Shown here in pieces: positions 26,555 through 38,500 of a DNA stretch of 64,000 nt (positions are counted from its first letter, which is position 1; every line of letters begins with the position of its first letter). The position numbers and the translations under genes are program-made. The notes beneath the pieces are model-generated. The model made no database searches. It was given only the letters and a program-made list of their open reading frames with translations, and was not told where the DNA came from. The stretch is from a virus (lineage: Duplodnaviria; Caudoviricetes), in IMG/VR virus record IMGVR_UViG_3300014205_000177, positions 64,001-128,000 of that record; one strand, written 5' to 3'.

Positions 26555-29500
26555 AATAACCTCCAGTAATCAATTTCTTTTACAATTGGGTCATATTTAA
26601 GTAAAATAGGATTCATTTCAGAATTTGTTGCTTCTTTATTACTTGAAGAAAGCCACTCTGACTGAATTAAATATTCTCTTTCACTTAAATCATTAATCAA
26701 TAAAATTCTAATATCATCTATACTAAAATCTGTTTTATTTCTAAACCATTCATATACTCTTCCATCATTCAAATTTATATTTATTTCGTGCAAAGGAGAA
26801 CCATAAACACTACTAGATATATTTTCCAAATCTCCGGTAACAACATAATCAAGTCCACTACTTATTATATTATTCCAATTAATATCATTCCATACAGATG
26901 TTTTTATTTTCCATATATTATCTACTTTTTTATTATAATAAATTCTAATTACTTCTTTACCGTTTATTATATCATTTAATATATATGGATTCTCTGCATT
27001 TTCTATATCTGAATATGAATCATTTAAACAAATTATTTTTGAAGTACTTGAAATTTCTGTACAAAAAACAATTTCATTATTATTCTTCAAAAATACACAA
27101 GGAGTATTAAGGTCATTTTCTCTATGTTCATATAAACTATCATTTGTAAAATTTACACCATCAACGGACACAGCTCTTCTTATAGAACTTGTACCATTAT
27201 ATAATGCACAATAATATATTATAAATTCATTGTTATTATAAATTACAGAAGGATTATAAGAACCATTATTTACACCTAATATTTTTTCTGGATTAGACCA
27301 CTCCCAAGCATTAGATGAAATAGAATGATAAATAGCGTTGCCCTCTTCATTTTTATAACCAGTGTACCAAAGATGCCATATATCACCTATTTTTGCAACA
27401 GATGGGCTGTAAACCGCATAGAATCCCATTCCGTATAAACTATTGTCTCCATGAGGTATTGATACATCATATTCTCCAAATGTTAAACTATCTTTCCCTC
27501 TAGCATGTACTATAGAATTTTCTTTATAAAAATTGCTTTTAGTATACCACATATAGTAATTATTTTCCTCAATAATAACAGCTGGTCTGATTCTCTCTTC
27601 TCCGTATGGGACCCATGACATATTATTACCAGAAGAATTTTCTATACCATCTGGTACATCTGTAGGAAAAGAAACAGAATCCTCTTCCCATTCTCCAATA
27701 TTCTCACTTGCACATTCAATAGAAAATACAGAAACGTTCTGAATTCCTATATCTCCAAACACTTTAAAACTTATTTTTAGATTATTACTATCTTTTGTTA
27801 TAGAGTCAATTATAGCATTAGGTTTTTCTAATGGGGCAGATTTTACTATATTATAAGAAGCAACTCTCCATTTATAGCTGTAAGAAAAGCTTTCTATTCC
27901 ATCAGGAATAATATCTGTAACTGAGTATGTATTATCTATTTTATGATTAATCCACTCTCCAGGTAAATCCTCTTTTTGAATAATAAATTGTGAAAATACT
28001 CTTCTTGAAGAACTGCCTATTGAACTATCAACCCCCTGAGCTACATTCATATTAGAAATTTCTCCACTTGCATCTACAGAATCCCATCTATTATTATTCA
28101 CTTGAATATCACTAAAAGAACCATCACTTGTAGTAAAACTACTAGAATATTCATTAGAACCTTGAATTTTATTACCAAATGAATCATACATAAAATCCCT
28201 TAATGGCTTGCCGTTTTGAGAATCAAATGTATTAAAAAAGTCAATTTGAACTCTATTATATACTTCATATCTCTCTTTATAAATAATAGAAAATTCACCA
28301 TTTATAAAACTATCACTATCAGAAGCATTAGAGATTACCATAAACATAAATCTTCCATCTTCTACATTATTATTATTATATCCATTACAATAAAATCCTT
28401 GGTCTATAAGCCCTCTTCTAACAGCTTTTTCTGTCTCTTTTATTTTTTCTATATGATATGGAAGTTCTACGTCTCTTTTATTATTTAAATCATCTGACAT
28501 AGATAATAATAAATCACCCTTAGTCATACCATTACCCAAAACGGTATTCATCCATATTTGATAACCACTAGGGCTTATCAATATATTATCTTCATAGCAA
28601 GAATAAAGACCAGAAGGAAGAGGTAATGGGCTACTTTTTAAATAATCTATTTCTTGTTCTATTTCTTGTATTTCACCAATATTTACTATTGGATTTTCTA
28701 GTTTTTCAATATTACCTTCTTCATCAATTATAATGGTTTGAACACTTCCATTTAATTCTGTAATCCTTAAATCTGAAATACTTCTTTCTGGGTTATTTTC
28801 TTTAGACCATGATAACACTGGATAAGTTAATCCATCTACAAATTTTGAAGGAATAACTTCCATTTTAACCCTATAATCATTACCAGCTATAAGGTCATAA
28901 CTTGAAGTATCCCAAATTATACTATGTAGATTCTCATCATTTTCTCTATTAGAGGAAAGTTCTTTTTTTATTCCATAAATAGCATCTTCATAAATTTCAT
29001 GAAATACATTACCATCTACACTATACCACATTTTTAATAATTCATAATAATCGTTATTAGAGCTATCAATTCTGTAATTTATTTTTAACTGTTTTGTCCA
29101 CTTATCATATTCTGTAGATATTATATTAGCCGGATTTGGAATACCTTTACTTATATAAAATTTAACACTATAAATCCATTGAGAAGAAGTTTTAGATACA
29201 ATATCAAATTGTCTTATTCTTAACCTATAGTCATATCCACTATCTAATATTTCTTGTTTTGTACTATCCCAAAAAGTATGCCATGAATTTGGTTGAACTA
29301 AATATCCATCAATACTTATATTATATTCCGACATTTCACTCATTACATCAACATATTCCGTATGAGAACCATCTTCAAAAAATTTACATATCTGTAAATG
29401 TATTCTTGTAGTTCTACTCATAGTTGATTGCCAGTGAATAGTATTATAAGAATCCCAACCATTTTGTAAATAAATAATTTTTAATGGTTCGAGAATTTCT

Positions 29501-31557
29501 TTTTTACCAATATTTGTTTTTATTACCCACATTCCTCTTTCCCACCTATTAGTAGGCTGGTCTCTATCTGAGAAAAAATCATTTTCCCATGAACCATATC
29601 CAGGAACATAATTAGATTTTTCTGGAGCTGTATCTTCTATAACAGGAGAAATATGATATTTATCTAAAATATATTCTGGAAAAGGTTTCATTTTTATAGG
29701 GAAGGTTATTTCTGAATCACCTATTATTTTTTTACCAAATGATATACTTCCGCCAAAGAATGGATATATTCCTTTTATATTATATTTATCGTTTACAATA
29801 GTTTCTGCATCTTTTTGAAGAAATGAATCAGAGCCTCTATATTCAATAGATTTGCAATATGGTCCATAGAAAAATTTCTTTCTGCTTTCAAAACTACTAA
29901 TATCTAATCTAAAAAAATTATTTGAATCTACATCGTTTGGAGCAAAAAAATCTTCTAATATTTTATAATCTGAAATTATATATTTATAAGATTTGTGACC
30001 TATTAAATCCTTAAAAATATCAGAAAATCTTGTTCCTTTACAAAGAGAACATGGAGTTCTATGAAAATTATTTCCATCGTTATATAATTCATTTATATTC
30101 CACCCTTTACCGCCACATAAAAGACATAAGTTTTTATCAGAAATTATATGTTTAATAAATCTTACAAAACCATATCTTCTATTATTATCCATATTAATTT
30201 CTCTATTTGTCAACTTTGGGTATCTTCCATTTTCTAATACATAGTGAGTTGTAATCACTAAGTTATCATCCATAGTATCTAAATCAGTTCCTGAAATATC
30301 AGTTTTATTACTTCCAAATTTGACTCCTTGAGGATAAAATATATTTTTAAGACCATAAGAATCCCAATAACTATAAGAAGAAAATCCATTTTCTAAGTTT
30401 CCGTTATAAAATGAAGAGAATGTAGAAAAATCACCTTTTAGTGCAAAACATTTTTCGTTCATTAAATTCTTTTCGTCTCTTAAATTTAATTTTAATGGTA
30501 TTTGAGGAATGCTTATTGAATTTTCTATTTTTTTACCTATATTTAAAAAAGAAGGAAAACTTATATCTATAGCACCTATTCCACCGCTATCTTCTCCCGA
30601 AGTGCTATTATCCATATGAAAATAACCAAAATCTTTAGAATCTGTAAATCCACTATTATCTATAACTTCAAGTGTTATTAAATACTCTCCCTCTACTAGT
30701 TTTTCATCTCTTGAACTTCTCCATGTTATTGAATGTTCTCCCATATTCATAATAACTATTGGGTTTAATAAACTCATTCTACTTTTAGAAAAAGCATTAC
30801 CACCTATATAATAACAATTAATTTGAAATTCTTCATCATCAATATCAGTAATTGTAAAATTAATAATTACATCTTTATACTGATTATTCGTAACATATAC
30901 ACTGTTAATAATTAATACAGGTGGACTGTTGGCACTATTTATAAATCCATTTACTTTCGAATATATACTATAATCCATTCCATCAAAAGATTTTACTCTC
31001 CAATAATATGTCATTTCGTTTTGTATATTTATTATTTTTGATGTTTTTTGAGAGCTTGAATTTCCATTAACATCTTCGTCTACTATTATATCTTCTTGAT
31101 TAAAAAGTGGATTAGTAGATACTTGAATATGATATGACAACGATTGACCGTCTGGGTCATATGAATTATCCCATTGAAGAGTCACACTATCTCTATTGTA
31201 CATTATTTCAACTACATCATCATAAACAAAATAAAAATATCCTGAAGTATATTCAAAGTTTCCATAAGTATTGCTAGATATTGCTATTTCACACCTGCAT
31301 AATCCTAAAAATCTATCTGTCATAGGATTACCTTTTGGGTATTCGAAAAAATTATCTGAAGAACTTACTTCTCCCAAAATAAACAAACCATCACCATTAT
31401 CAATATTTTCAATTTTTATATTATATCTTTTTTGGGTAATATTTTCAGGAAGAGTCCATGTAAAAACAGGAGTACTGGTAGCTATTATATTTGGACAATA
31501 TTTACCACTAGATATGTCATTACCAACCTTTACCTTTAAATCAATAACAGTTGCCAC
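26551..31557 (-). CDS. Large virion protein: Fn3/Ig-like modules, CxxCxG Zn motifs, glycoside-hydrolase-like beta-propeller
   Basis: YYWRVKSFDG (Fn3); repeated H(S/T)xxW(D/R)S modules; RPAVI..YYMWYT / YSPSV..WHLWYTG / YNPSVI..FIIYY blades; GTG start with AAGGGG SD. Confidence 0.75.
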   Translation of the reverse strand: MATVIDLKVKVGNDISSGKYCPNIIATSTPVFTWTLPENITQKRYNIKIENIDNGDGLFILGEVSSSDNFFEYPKGNPMTDRFLGLCRCEIAISSNTYGNFEYTSGYFYFVYDDVVEIMYNRDSVTLQWDNSYDPDGQSLSYHIQVSTNPLFNQEDIIVDEDVNGNSSSQKTSKIINIQNEMTYYWRVKSFDGMDYSIYSKVNGFINSANSPPVLIINSVYVTNNQYKDVIINFTITDIDDEEFQINCYYIGGNAFSKSRMSLLNPIVIMNMGEHSITWRSSRDEKLVEGEYLITLEVIDNSGFTDSKDFGYFHMDNSTSGEDSGGIGAIDISFPSFLNIGKKIENSISIPQIPLKLNLRDEKNLMNEKCFALKGDFSTFSSFYNGNLENGFSSYSYWDSYGLKNIFYPQGVKFGSNKTDISGTDLDTMDDNLVITTHYVLENGRYPKLTNREINMDNNRRYGFVRFIKHIISDKNLCLLCGGKGWNINELYNDGNNFHRTPCSLCKGTRFSDIFKDLIGHKSYKYIISDYKILEDFFAPNDVDSNNFFRLDISSFESRKKFFYGPYCKSIEYRGSDSFLQKDAETIVNDKYNIKGIYPFFGGSISFGKKIIGDSEITFPIKMKPFPEYILDKYHISPVIEDTAPEKSNYVPGYGSWENDFFSDRDQPTNRWERGMWVIKTNIGKKEILEPLKIIYLQNGWDSYNTIHWQSTMSRTTRIHLQICKFFEDGSHTEYVDVMSEMSEYNISIDGYLVQPNSWHTFWDSTKQEILDSGYDYRLRIRQFDIVSKTSSQWIYSVKFYISKGIPNPANIISTEYDKWTKQLKINYRIDSSNNDYYELLKMWYSVDGNVFHEIYEDAIYGIKKELSSNRENDENLHSIIWDTSSYDLIAGNDYRVKMEVIPSKFVDGLTYPVLSWSKENNPERSISDLRITELNGSVQTIIIDEEGNIEKLENPIVNIGEIQEIEQEIDYLKSSPLPLPSGLYSCYEDNILISPSGYQIWMNTVLGNGMTKGDLLLSMSDDLNNKRDVELPYHIEKIKETEKAVRRGLIDQGFYCNGYNNNNVEDGRFMFMVISNASDSDSFINGEFSIIYKERYEVYNRVQIDFFNTFDSQNGKPLRDFMYDSFGNKIQGSNEYSSSFTTSDGSFSDIQVNNNRWDSVDASGEISNMNVAQGVDSSIGSSSRRVFSQFIIQKEDLPGEWINHKIDNTYSVTDIIPDGIESFSYSYKWRVASYNIVKSAPLEKPNAIIDSITKDSNNLKISFKVFGDIGIQNVSVFSIECASENIGEWEEDSVSFPTDVPDGIENSSGNNMSWVPYGEERIRPAVIIEENNYYMWYTKSNFYKENSIVHARGKDSLTFGEYDVSIPHGDNSLYGMGFYAVYSPSVAKIGDIWHLWYTGYKNEEGNAIYHSISSNAWEWSNPEKILGVNNGSYNPSVIYNNNEFIIYYCALYNGTSSIRRAVSVDGVNFTNDSLYEHRENDLNTPCVFLKNNNEIVFCTEISSTSKIICLNDSYSDIENAENPYILNDIINGKEVIRIYYNKKVDNIWKIKTSVWNDINWNNIISSGLDYVVTGDLENISSSVYGSPLHEININLNDGRVYEWFRNKTDFSIDDIRILLINDLSEREYLIQSEWLSSSNKEATNSEMNPILLKYDPIVKEIDYWRLL

Positions 31558-31617
31558 AGTTATTTCCCCTTACTCTAAAATATAGTTTACAATATCTATC
31601 TCCCCACGATGTACAGC

Positions 31618-34401
31618 TTATTGGTCAATACTATAAAATTTCCCACTTATTTCACTAGAAAAAGTTTTTGAGCCAACACTTGTTGCTGATGGATAATCAT
31701 TCCCAGAAGTTCCACATAAAACATAACACACTCTACCATAGAATCTACTTCTTGGAGACACATCAAAACCAAATGGCTGATTTTTCCAATTAGATAATAT
31801 TGTCCTGGCTTCAGTCCTTGTTGGTTTCAGAGAAAATGTATAATTACTCCTTACTTCCATAGCAACTTTATTATAGGTTTCATCTGGAGTACCTTCTTGA
31901 ATATCCCATGGACGATTTACATCAAGAACTTGGTCTATAGTTCCATCACTATTAGTATCATATCCCCTCATTGTAAATGTTATTTGACCCCCTTCAAGAA
32001 TAGCATTACCTTCATTAACTATCTTTACATCATTCCATGTATAATCTGGATATACTGTAGTATTATCAGCTACTATTGTAGAGTCTCTAAAAGATAGACT
32101 TCCATATCCATCATTAGATAATCTTTTATAAGTATGATAATTATAATCAGAAGTAACTCTACAATCTATTGGTACAAAATAAAATTCATCAAATCCATAT
32201 CCAACACCACTATAAAATTCTAAAACACCTCTATCTTTATCTATTGAAAAATTAGAAACAAGTTTACCTGATTCGAAACTTGAAAAATCCCAAGTAGATA
32301 CTTTATCTATCATTTCACCAGATGGTGTTATAAAAATATTAGGGTCATAATAATCTACTAAATCATCATTACCAAGTATAAACATTCTTGTTCTTTCTTC
32401 TTCTGTAATATCTTCTTGTTTTTTATAATAAGTATAATCTGCACTTATTACACCACTGGGCATTATAGAAAAAGATACTGAACCATCATCATAACCAATA
32501 TCAACTTCTGTATCATAATAATCATAAATCATTCTTATGTCATTTTCATAAGATATACCATCTGGATATGTATGAAGCCATAATTCACCATTTTTTTCAT
32601 CTATATCATAGTTTTTAAAAGTAATATCTTGTTTCTCGCTTGATTTTAATTTAAACCCAGAACCTGTTCCAGCTGCATCTGAATAAAATATTAAACATAA
32701 TTTTTCTTTACCAGATATTGTAGGAGTACTAAAAGCACCATAGGTGTCTGCACTAACTAAATATCCAGAAGAAAGTTCCATTACTTGATTACCACTTCCG
32801 GTATATGCATAAATTTCTACCAATTTTGTAGAATCAAGTATTTCATATGTTTTTTCCCCGTTATTTAATATTATTTCCCTAGTAGCTCCTTCGGCACTAG
32901 CATCATATAATACTAAACAATCACCATAGTAAGGAGAAAGATTATTATATGGAGGTCCATAACTATTAGCATTTAAATAAAAGAATTCAAAATTCAATTT
33001 TATTTCTGCTGCTGATGGATTGCTAAGAATCCAATATTTTAAACCAGATGAATAAGAACTTTCTAAATTACTATAATTTTTACTTCCATCATTTGTCCAA
33101 TCCACTGTTTTAGGTCTTCCTTCTTCATCATATACAACATTACCACTACTTAGTTGTACAGCATCATAATCTGCATTACTAACTCCGTTCATTGTTTTAG
33201 CAGTTGCTTCATCAAATTCTCCATATACATTAAGAGGATAAGAATGAGTAGTTGGATAAAAAATATCATCCCATAATCTGGTATATGTGTTTTCTAATGT
33301 TTGTGTTTTTACTACAATTTCTGGTTGACCAAGAGTATTTATTTTCATAACTTGATGGTCATACTCTGAACTTGGTTCTCTCAATAATCTATTTGAACAA
33401 TTAAATATTTTAGTATTCAATCTAATTGTTTTAACTACATTTGTTATATTTCCAGCAGAGTCCCTAAATGAAATAGTAATATCCCTGTCTTGGTCAAAAT
33501 TATAATCAGTTCCTACTAAATAAAAATTTAAACTATTAAAATTAATAATATTTGAAGTTCTATATGGAATCCATACGTCAACATATTCTGAAGACTCAAC
33601 GTCTCCTGATATTTTTATATCTATATCTAACAAATCGTCAGCATAAAATTCTAAAGATATTTCTCTATTTGGAGTCATACTATTGTCACTATTTATCATA
33701 ATGCCCGTATAAATATCACTATAGGTTGTTCCTATTATATTTACATTACAATCCGAAGGATTTACAGTATGTAAAAATGTTTGATAAGAATTAATAGTGC
33801 TTAAATTATAATAATTATCTCTAGTTTGTAATTTTATTGTTCTAGTGCCTTCTGAACCAATAGCTAAAACAAATGAAATTAATTCTTGACCAGAAGTAAA
33901 TTGAGTCCATGAAGAAGGAGCAGTTACACCTTCCCAAATTTTGTAATATGTAGCATCTACTGTATTTTCTACTGGAATACTTAAAGAATATACATTTGAA
34001 TATTGACTAACAGACAATGTTGAAACAGGCAATGTGGTTTTAATATTAAAATAATCAGTATTAACATAATCGGAATAAACACCATTCCCATCATCGAGAT
34101 TGAATCTTATTTGTACAGAAGTGTTAGTAATTGGCAAATCTGCCAAAACATTCCAATAAAAAGTATTTGAACGACCATTTCCACTTGAATATGATAAAAA
34201 TACTGTTTCACTTTGACTGTGAATAGTACCGTTTATCCATACCCCTGGATTTGATTGTAAACTATATTGAAAAGAATTTGGTACAATAGTACAACTTCTT
34301 CCAGAACTGTGATATAAATAAAAATTCACATTAGCAACTGGAGCACTGTTTAAATAAGACATAACCCCTGATAAACTATTTACTGATATTGTGTCTGACA
34401 T
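31618..34401 (-). CDS. Virion protein with Ig-like modules and a CUB-like domain
   Basis: RDSAGN Ig motif; YWIL...IKLNFEFFYL...GDCLVLYD...LIFYSD..GTGSGF. Confidence 0.7.
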   Translation of the reverse strand: MSDTISVNSLSGVMSYLNSAPVANVNFYLYHSSGRSCTIVPNSFQYSLQSNPGVWINGTIHSQSETVFLSYSSGNGRSNTFYWNVLADLPITNTSVQIRFNLDDGNGVYSDYVNTDYFNIKTTLPVSTLSVSQYSNVYSLSIPVENTVDATYYKIWEGVTAPSSWTQFTSGQELISFVLAIGSEGTRTIKLQTRDNYYNLSTINSYQTFLHTVNPSDCNVNIIGTTYSDIYTGIMINSDNSMTPNREISLEFYADDLLDIDIKISGDVESSEYVDVWIPYRTSNIINFNSLNFYLVGTDYNFDQDRDITISFRDSAGNITNVVKTIRLNTKIFNCSNRLLREPSSEYDHQVMKINTLGQPEIVVKTQTLENTYTRLWDDIFYPTTHSYPLNVYGEFDEATAKTMNGVSNADYDAVQLSSGNVVYDEEGRPKTVDWTNDGSKNYSNLESSYSSGLKYWILSNPSAAEIKLNFEFFYLNANSYGPPYNNLSPYYGDCLVLYDASAEGATREIILNNGEKTYEILDSTKLVEIYAYTGSGNQVMELSSGYLVSADTYGAFSTPTISGKEKLCLIFYSDAAGTGSGFKLKSSEKQDITFKNYDIDEKNGELWLHTYPDGISYENDIRMIYDYYDTEVDIGYDDGSVSFSIMPSGVISADYTYYKKQEDITEEERTRMFILGNDDLVDYYDPNIFITPSGEMIDKVSTWDFSSFESGKLVSNFSIDKDRGVLEFYSGVGYGFDEFYFVPIDCRVTSDYNYHTYKRLSNDGYGSLSFRDSTIVADNTTVYPDYTWNDVKIVNEGNAILEGGQITFTMRGYDTNSDGTIDQVLDVNRPWDIQEGTPDETYNKVAMEVRSNYTFSLKPTRTEARTILSNWKNQPFGFDVSPRSRFYGRVCYVLCGTSGNDYPSATSVGSKTFSSEISGKFYSIDQ

Positions 34402-34403
34402 AA

Positions 34404-35519
34404 CTAAGCCTCTGTTTTAATTGTTAATGTATCATAAGGGTTAACCGTTACCGTTTGAGGGCAAAGTTCTCCATCATTATAAATATTTATTGGAATATAA
34501 ATAGTATCTTTATTAACCCATCTTGAATTTATACTTCCTGGATGTCTTGGGTCATTAATACATTTATATTTAAACACTCCATCAGATGAAATTAAAGATA
34601 ATTGCTGATTAGTTACATTTTCTACACAACTTATATGAGAATAAGAAGCTCTTACTGGGTTCTCAACTGAATCTATTTCTTCAGAAAAATAAATGCTTCC
34701 TTTTCTAAAATCTATTTGATAACCACTTTCTACAAATTGTGGTATTGACCCCTGTATTATAAGATTACCAGAACCATCTTCCGTATCATCTCCTGAATAA
34801 TCTTTTTCTCCAACAAAAACATCTGGAGCCATATATAAATGACCACTACTTCCTCCTTCAATATTTTGAGGAACCCAATTTTCGTGTTCACTGATAAATA
34901 AATTTGATTCAGATTTTAAATATGAATAATAAGATTTAATTACCCCTCTATCAGGATTATCTTCATTAAATATAATAACTCCAGATGGAGCTATAAAATT
35001 ATAATCTTCTTTATCTACAATAACATCATCTTCAGTTATATAATGTTTAAATGATGGGTTAATTCCATCATACCAATCTTTATTGGTAAATACAAAATTG
35101 GTATTTTCACCTGTTTTATAATATTCAATAAATGCTCCAGAAGGAGGAATGCCAGCAAATAGAATACCACTAGGAGTTGCTTGATATGTACTTGAAGATA
35201 TTATTTCTGAAAGAGAATTATAAACTATAGGTGAATAACATCCATCTGACAAAATATTAGAAGGACTTCCTTCTGGTCTTTGAAATTGTTGATTATCATC
35301 ATATAAAAGTGAAGATATTTTACCTACAGAAAAATCTATGTTTATTCCAGTATCTTCTTCTACCACAGCAACTCCAGTTAATAAATAAGAGTCTTCTGGG
35401 AGTAAAGGTTTATCTATAACAGGAAGTAATTCATCGTTAATAGACTCTCTAATATCGTTATCTCCAGATTCAGAATATCCTCTTGGTAACTGATAAATTT
35501 TAATTTTTGGTGCTCCCAT
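34404..35519 (-). CDS. Putative baseplate/tail structural protein
   Basis: Acidic and beta-rich; YQIDFRKGSIYF and DYNFIAPSGVIIF motifs shared with neighbours. Confidence 0.6.
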   Translation of the reverse strand: MGAPKIKIYQLPRGYSESGDNDIRESINDELLPVIDKPLLPEDSYLLTGVAVVEEDTGINIDFSVGKISSLLYDDNQQFQRPEGSPSNILSDGCYSPIVYNSLSEIISSSTYQATPSGILFAGIPPSGAFIEYYKTGENTNFVFTNKDWYDGINPSFKHYITEDDVIVDKEDYNFIAPSGVIIFNEDNPDRGVIKSYYSYLKSESNLFISEHENWVPQNIEGGSSGHLYMAPDVFVGEKDYSGDDTEDGSGNLIIQGSIPQFVESGYQIDFRKGSIYFSEEIDSVENPVRASYSHISCVENVTNQQLSLISSDGVFKYKCINDPRHPGSINSRWVNKDTIYIPINIYNDGELCPQTVTVNPYDTLTIKTEA

Positions 35520-35534
35520 TCCTGCTCCTTTTTT

Positions 35535-38500
35535 TTATATCTCTTCAGTTGAATCTCTTTCTCTCAAATATACAATAACTTGAGGTTTAGTAAAACAAAT
35601 ACCTCTTCTTCCTTTTTTTGAACTTGAACCATCTAATAAATCTTTAACACCTATCATAAAACCAGTTTTGTCAATACCACCAGTTCTTTCATATGTCTTT
35701 TTTGTCTCCATACCAAGTGGAGTTCTGTAAGTAGTAACTTCTTCAGTAATAGCTTTAGCATAAACATACAAATCACCACTAATTATAGTATTAGGTAATC
35801 CCGATAAAACCACAGAGGTTTCAACTTTTCCTCCAATAATATGTTTAGAATTTACAAAACCATTAGTTTTTTCAGAACCTGTACCTCCATTTAAAATCTC
35901 GTCAAAATTTCTTTCTTTATTACCATGTAATTCATTTCCAACAAATTGTAAATCTTGAAAATCTGCATCGCATCTATTAGGATTTGTAACTATCCATTTC
36001 ATATCTTTTCTGCAAGCTTTACCACTGTTGTTTACATTATGTTGAAAAACAATAGAATTTCCAATTGATGGTAGTATTGTTATATTATCAGTTGAACCAC
36101 CAGAGTCTTGTATTTGCTTCATTATATCAGAACTATATCCATCTGGTTTATTTTCATTACCATATATAAATCTTATACTATCCTTTTCTAATAAATAAGA
36201 AGGTCCATTCCCAATAGAAGTAGCTTTAACTTCAACATCAGAACCATTATTAAGTACATATTTTATTTCAAGAAAAGTTGGAATAGAACTTTGTTTTATA
36301 TTATTAATTTTTATTTCTTTACCAGTTTGGTCTATACAATAAGTAGGCATCATTAATGAATGAGTGCTGTTATTAAAGAAAAAATTACCACCATATATTT
36401 CATACTCTGTTCCATTCATTCTAACTTTCCAATATAGATTATCATTAGTATCATTATCTTGCATTAAGAATTTAATATTTCCAGAACTACCAGCTCCTAA
36501 AGAAATTATTTTACTAGGATTTTCAGGAATACTTATTGGGAAAGAAGATAAGTCTGAAGTTTGCATAGCTATAGGTATTTGAACTATTAGAGAATTACAG
36601 TCTTTTGTTATTGTTAATATATCTGGAGTAGTTTCATAACCATAAACTTCTAACTTTTTACAAGTAGAAACATATGCTGTTCTATATATTCTAAACTTAC
36701 TACGAGTATCAGATGTTTGAAATAGTTCATATAATGTAATAGAAGATTCATCATTAGATTTTATTTTATATCTAACTTTACCTGTTTCTAATGAAAAATC
36801 ATTTGACAATTCAAAATAGCTTTCACCTAATTCATCACTTCTTAAAGAAGAACAATCAATTTTTATTTTAAATTTATTACTATCAATCATATTTTCTAAA
36901 AATGTATTTCCCAATACAGGAGTTAACATTATTATGTTTTTAGGAACACTAGGATTACACTGATATTTTATTTTATTGGCTCTAGGAACTATAAAATTAT
37001 AATTATCTGCAATATTTTTATTTGCATTTATTACTCCACCATCTATCCATTTTCCATTTAATTCTGGTATAGAAGAATACTCACTATATAACAACTCTCC
37101 ATTTAAATATTTTGGAACTAACCATTTTGAAGAAATAGAATCCCAATAAATGTTTATAAGTGTTTTCCAAAAAGATGATTCTTCATTTTTATACATTATT
37201 GAAAAATCACAATAATTATTTTCTTTTTGTTCAACATTAATACTAGTTATAAAACAATTTTTATCAGGTAATTCACCATATGTTATTGTTAATATTCCAT
37301 CACCACCAGTATAAAAAGCTCCTGTTTTTTCTGGACTTTTTGTTAAATCAGTACCACATTCAGCACAGTGTATTGAATCTAGAGAAGGTCTAATAACCTT
37401 AAAACCACCGTAAGCTGATGGTGATTCACACCATCCTATAGCCTCTGATACTGTTAATCCCCTATTTGCTATTCTACAATTTCCTGCATTAGGACATATT
37501 GCATTTGCAACGTTCCATTTTCCCTTTTCATAGCGATAAGGTCTTCTTTCTTTCTCAGTGGGAAAACCACTTAATTTGAATGATATATAAGATGAATCAT
37601 TTGTATTTGAATAATATAACCAATATTTTTCACTATTTAAAGAAGGTTCCCATACTTCTGAACTACTCCAACTACCAGATGTTGAAGGAGTATAACCACT
37701 TTTTTGAGAAATACTATTAACGCTTTCCTTTGCCATACATAGTACTAAAGGATTAAAATTATTAAAATTAGAGTTTGAAACTCCATTAACAACTGAGTCT
37801 GGAGATATATAACATCCAGAATAATCATCTAAAATACCATTTTTATTTTTCGGATATTCCTCTCCAGAAATTATAGTAGGAAATTCTCCGTTTTCATTTT
37901 TTTGTGGATACATATTCCAGTTGTTTAACCAAAAACCTTTAACTGCATTTCCATATCTATCATTATTTAATTGATTTGGAGCATATTCACTAGTTGAATC
38001 TTCATATGCTTTAATTTTTTCACTAATAATATAATTGCCAATTTGAGAAAAAGATAAACCTGTACTAAGTTTATAAGCACGACTATTTCTTTTGTTGTAT
38101 ATTAATTTAAAATAATCTGTCATGTCAAAATTTAAAGGTTTACCAAATTTAGAAGAACTATTACCCAATGGTTCTGAACTACCAGTTGAACCATTACCAC
38201 CAGTAGTAATACTTGAAGAAATACTGGCAGATGTTTTAATCTCATAATTTTGAACTATTACTTGTCCTGACTCAGACCATGAAGTATCATAATATTTAGG
38301 TTCAAACATTGGTCCATTTTTATCATAAATAAGTGTGTCATTCATACCTGTATAATCAAAATAATCTGGAATGTATTGTGTTTTATTATTATAATAACCG
38401 TTTGCAAATGATGGTGGTACTATAGTAAAATCAACTTCTAAACCATGTGAAGATTTATCTCCAATCACTACTTTGCCGTTTATAGTATATCTATTAATCG

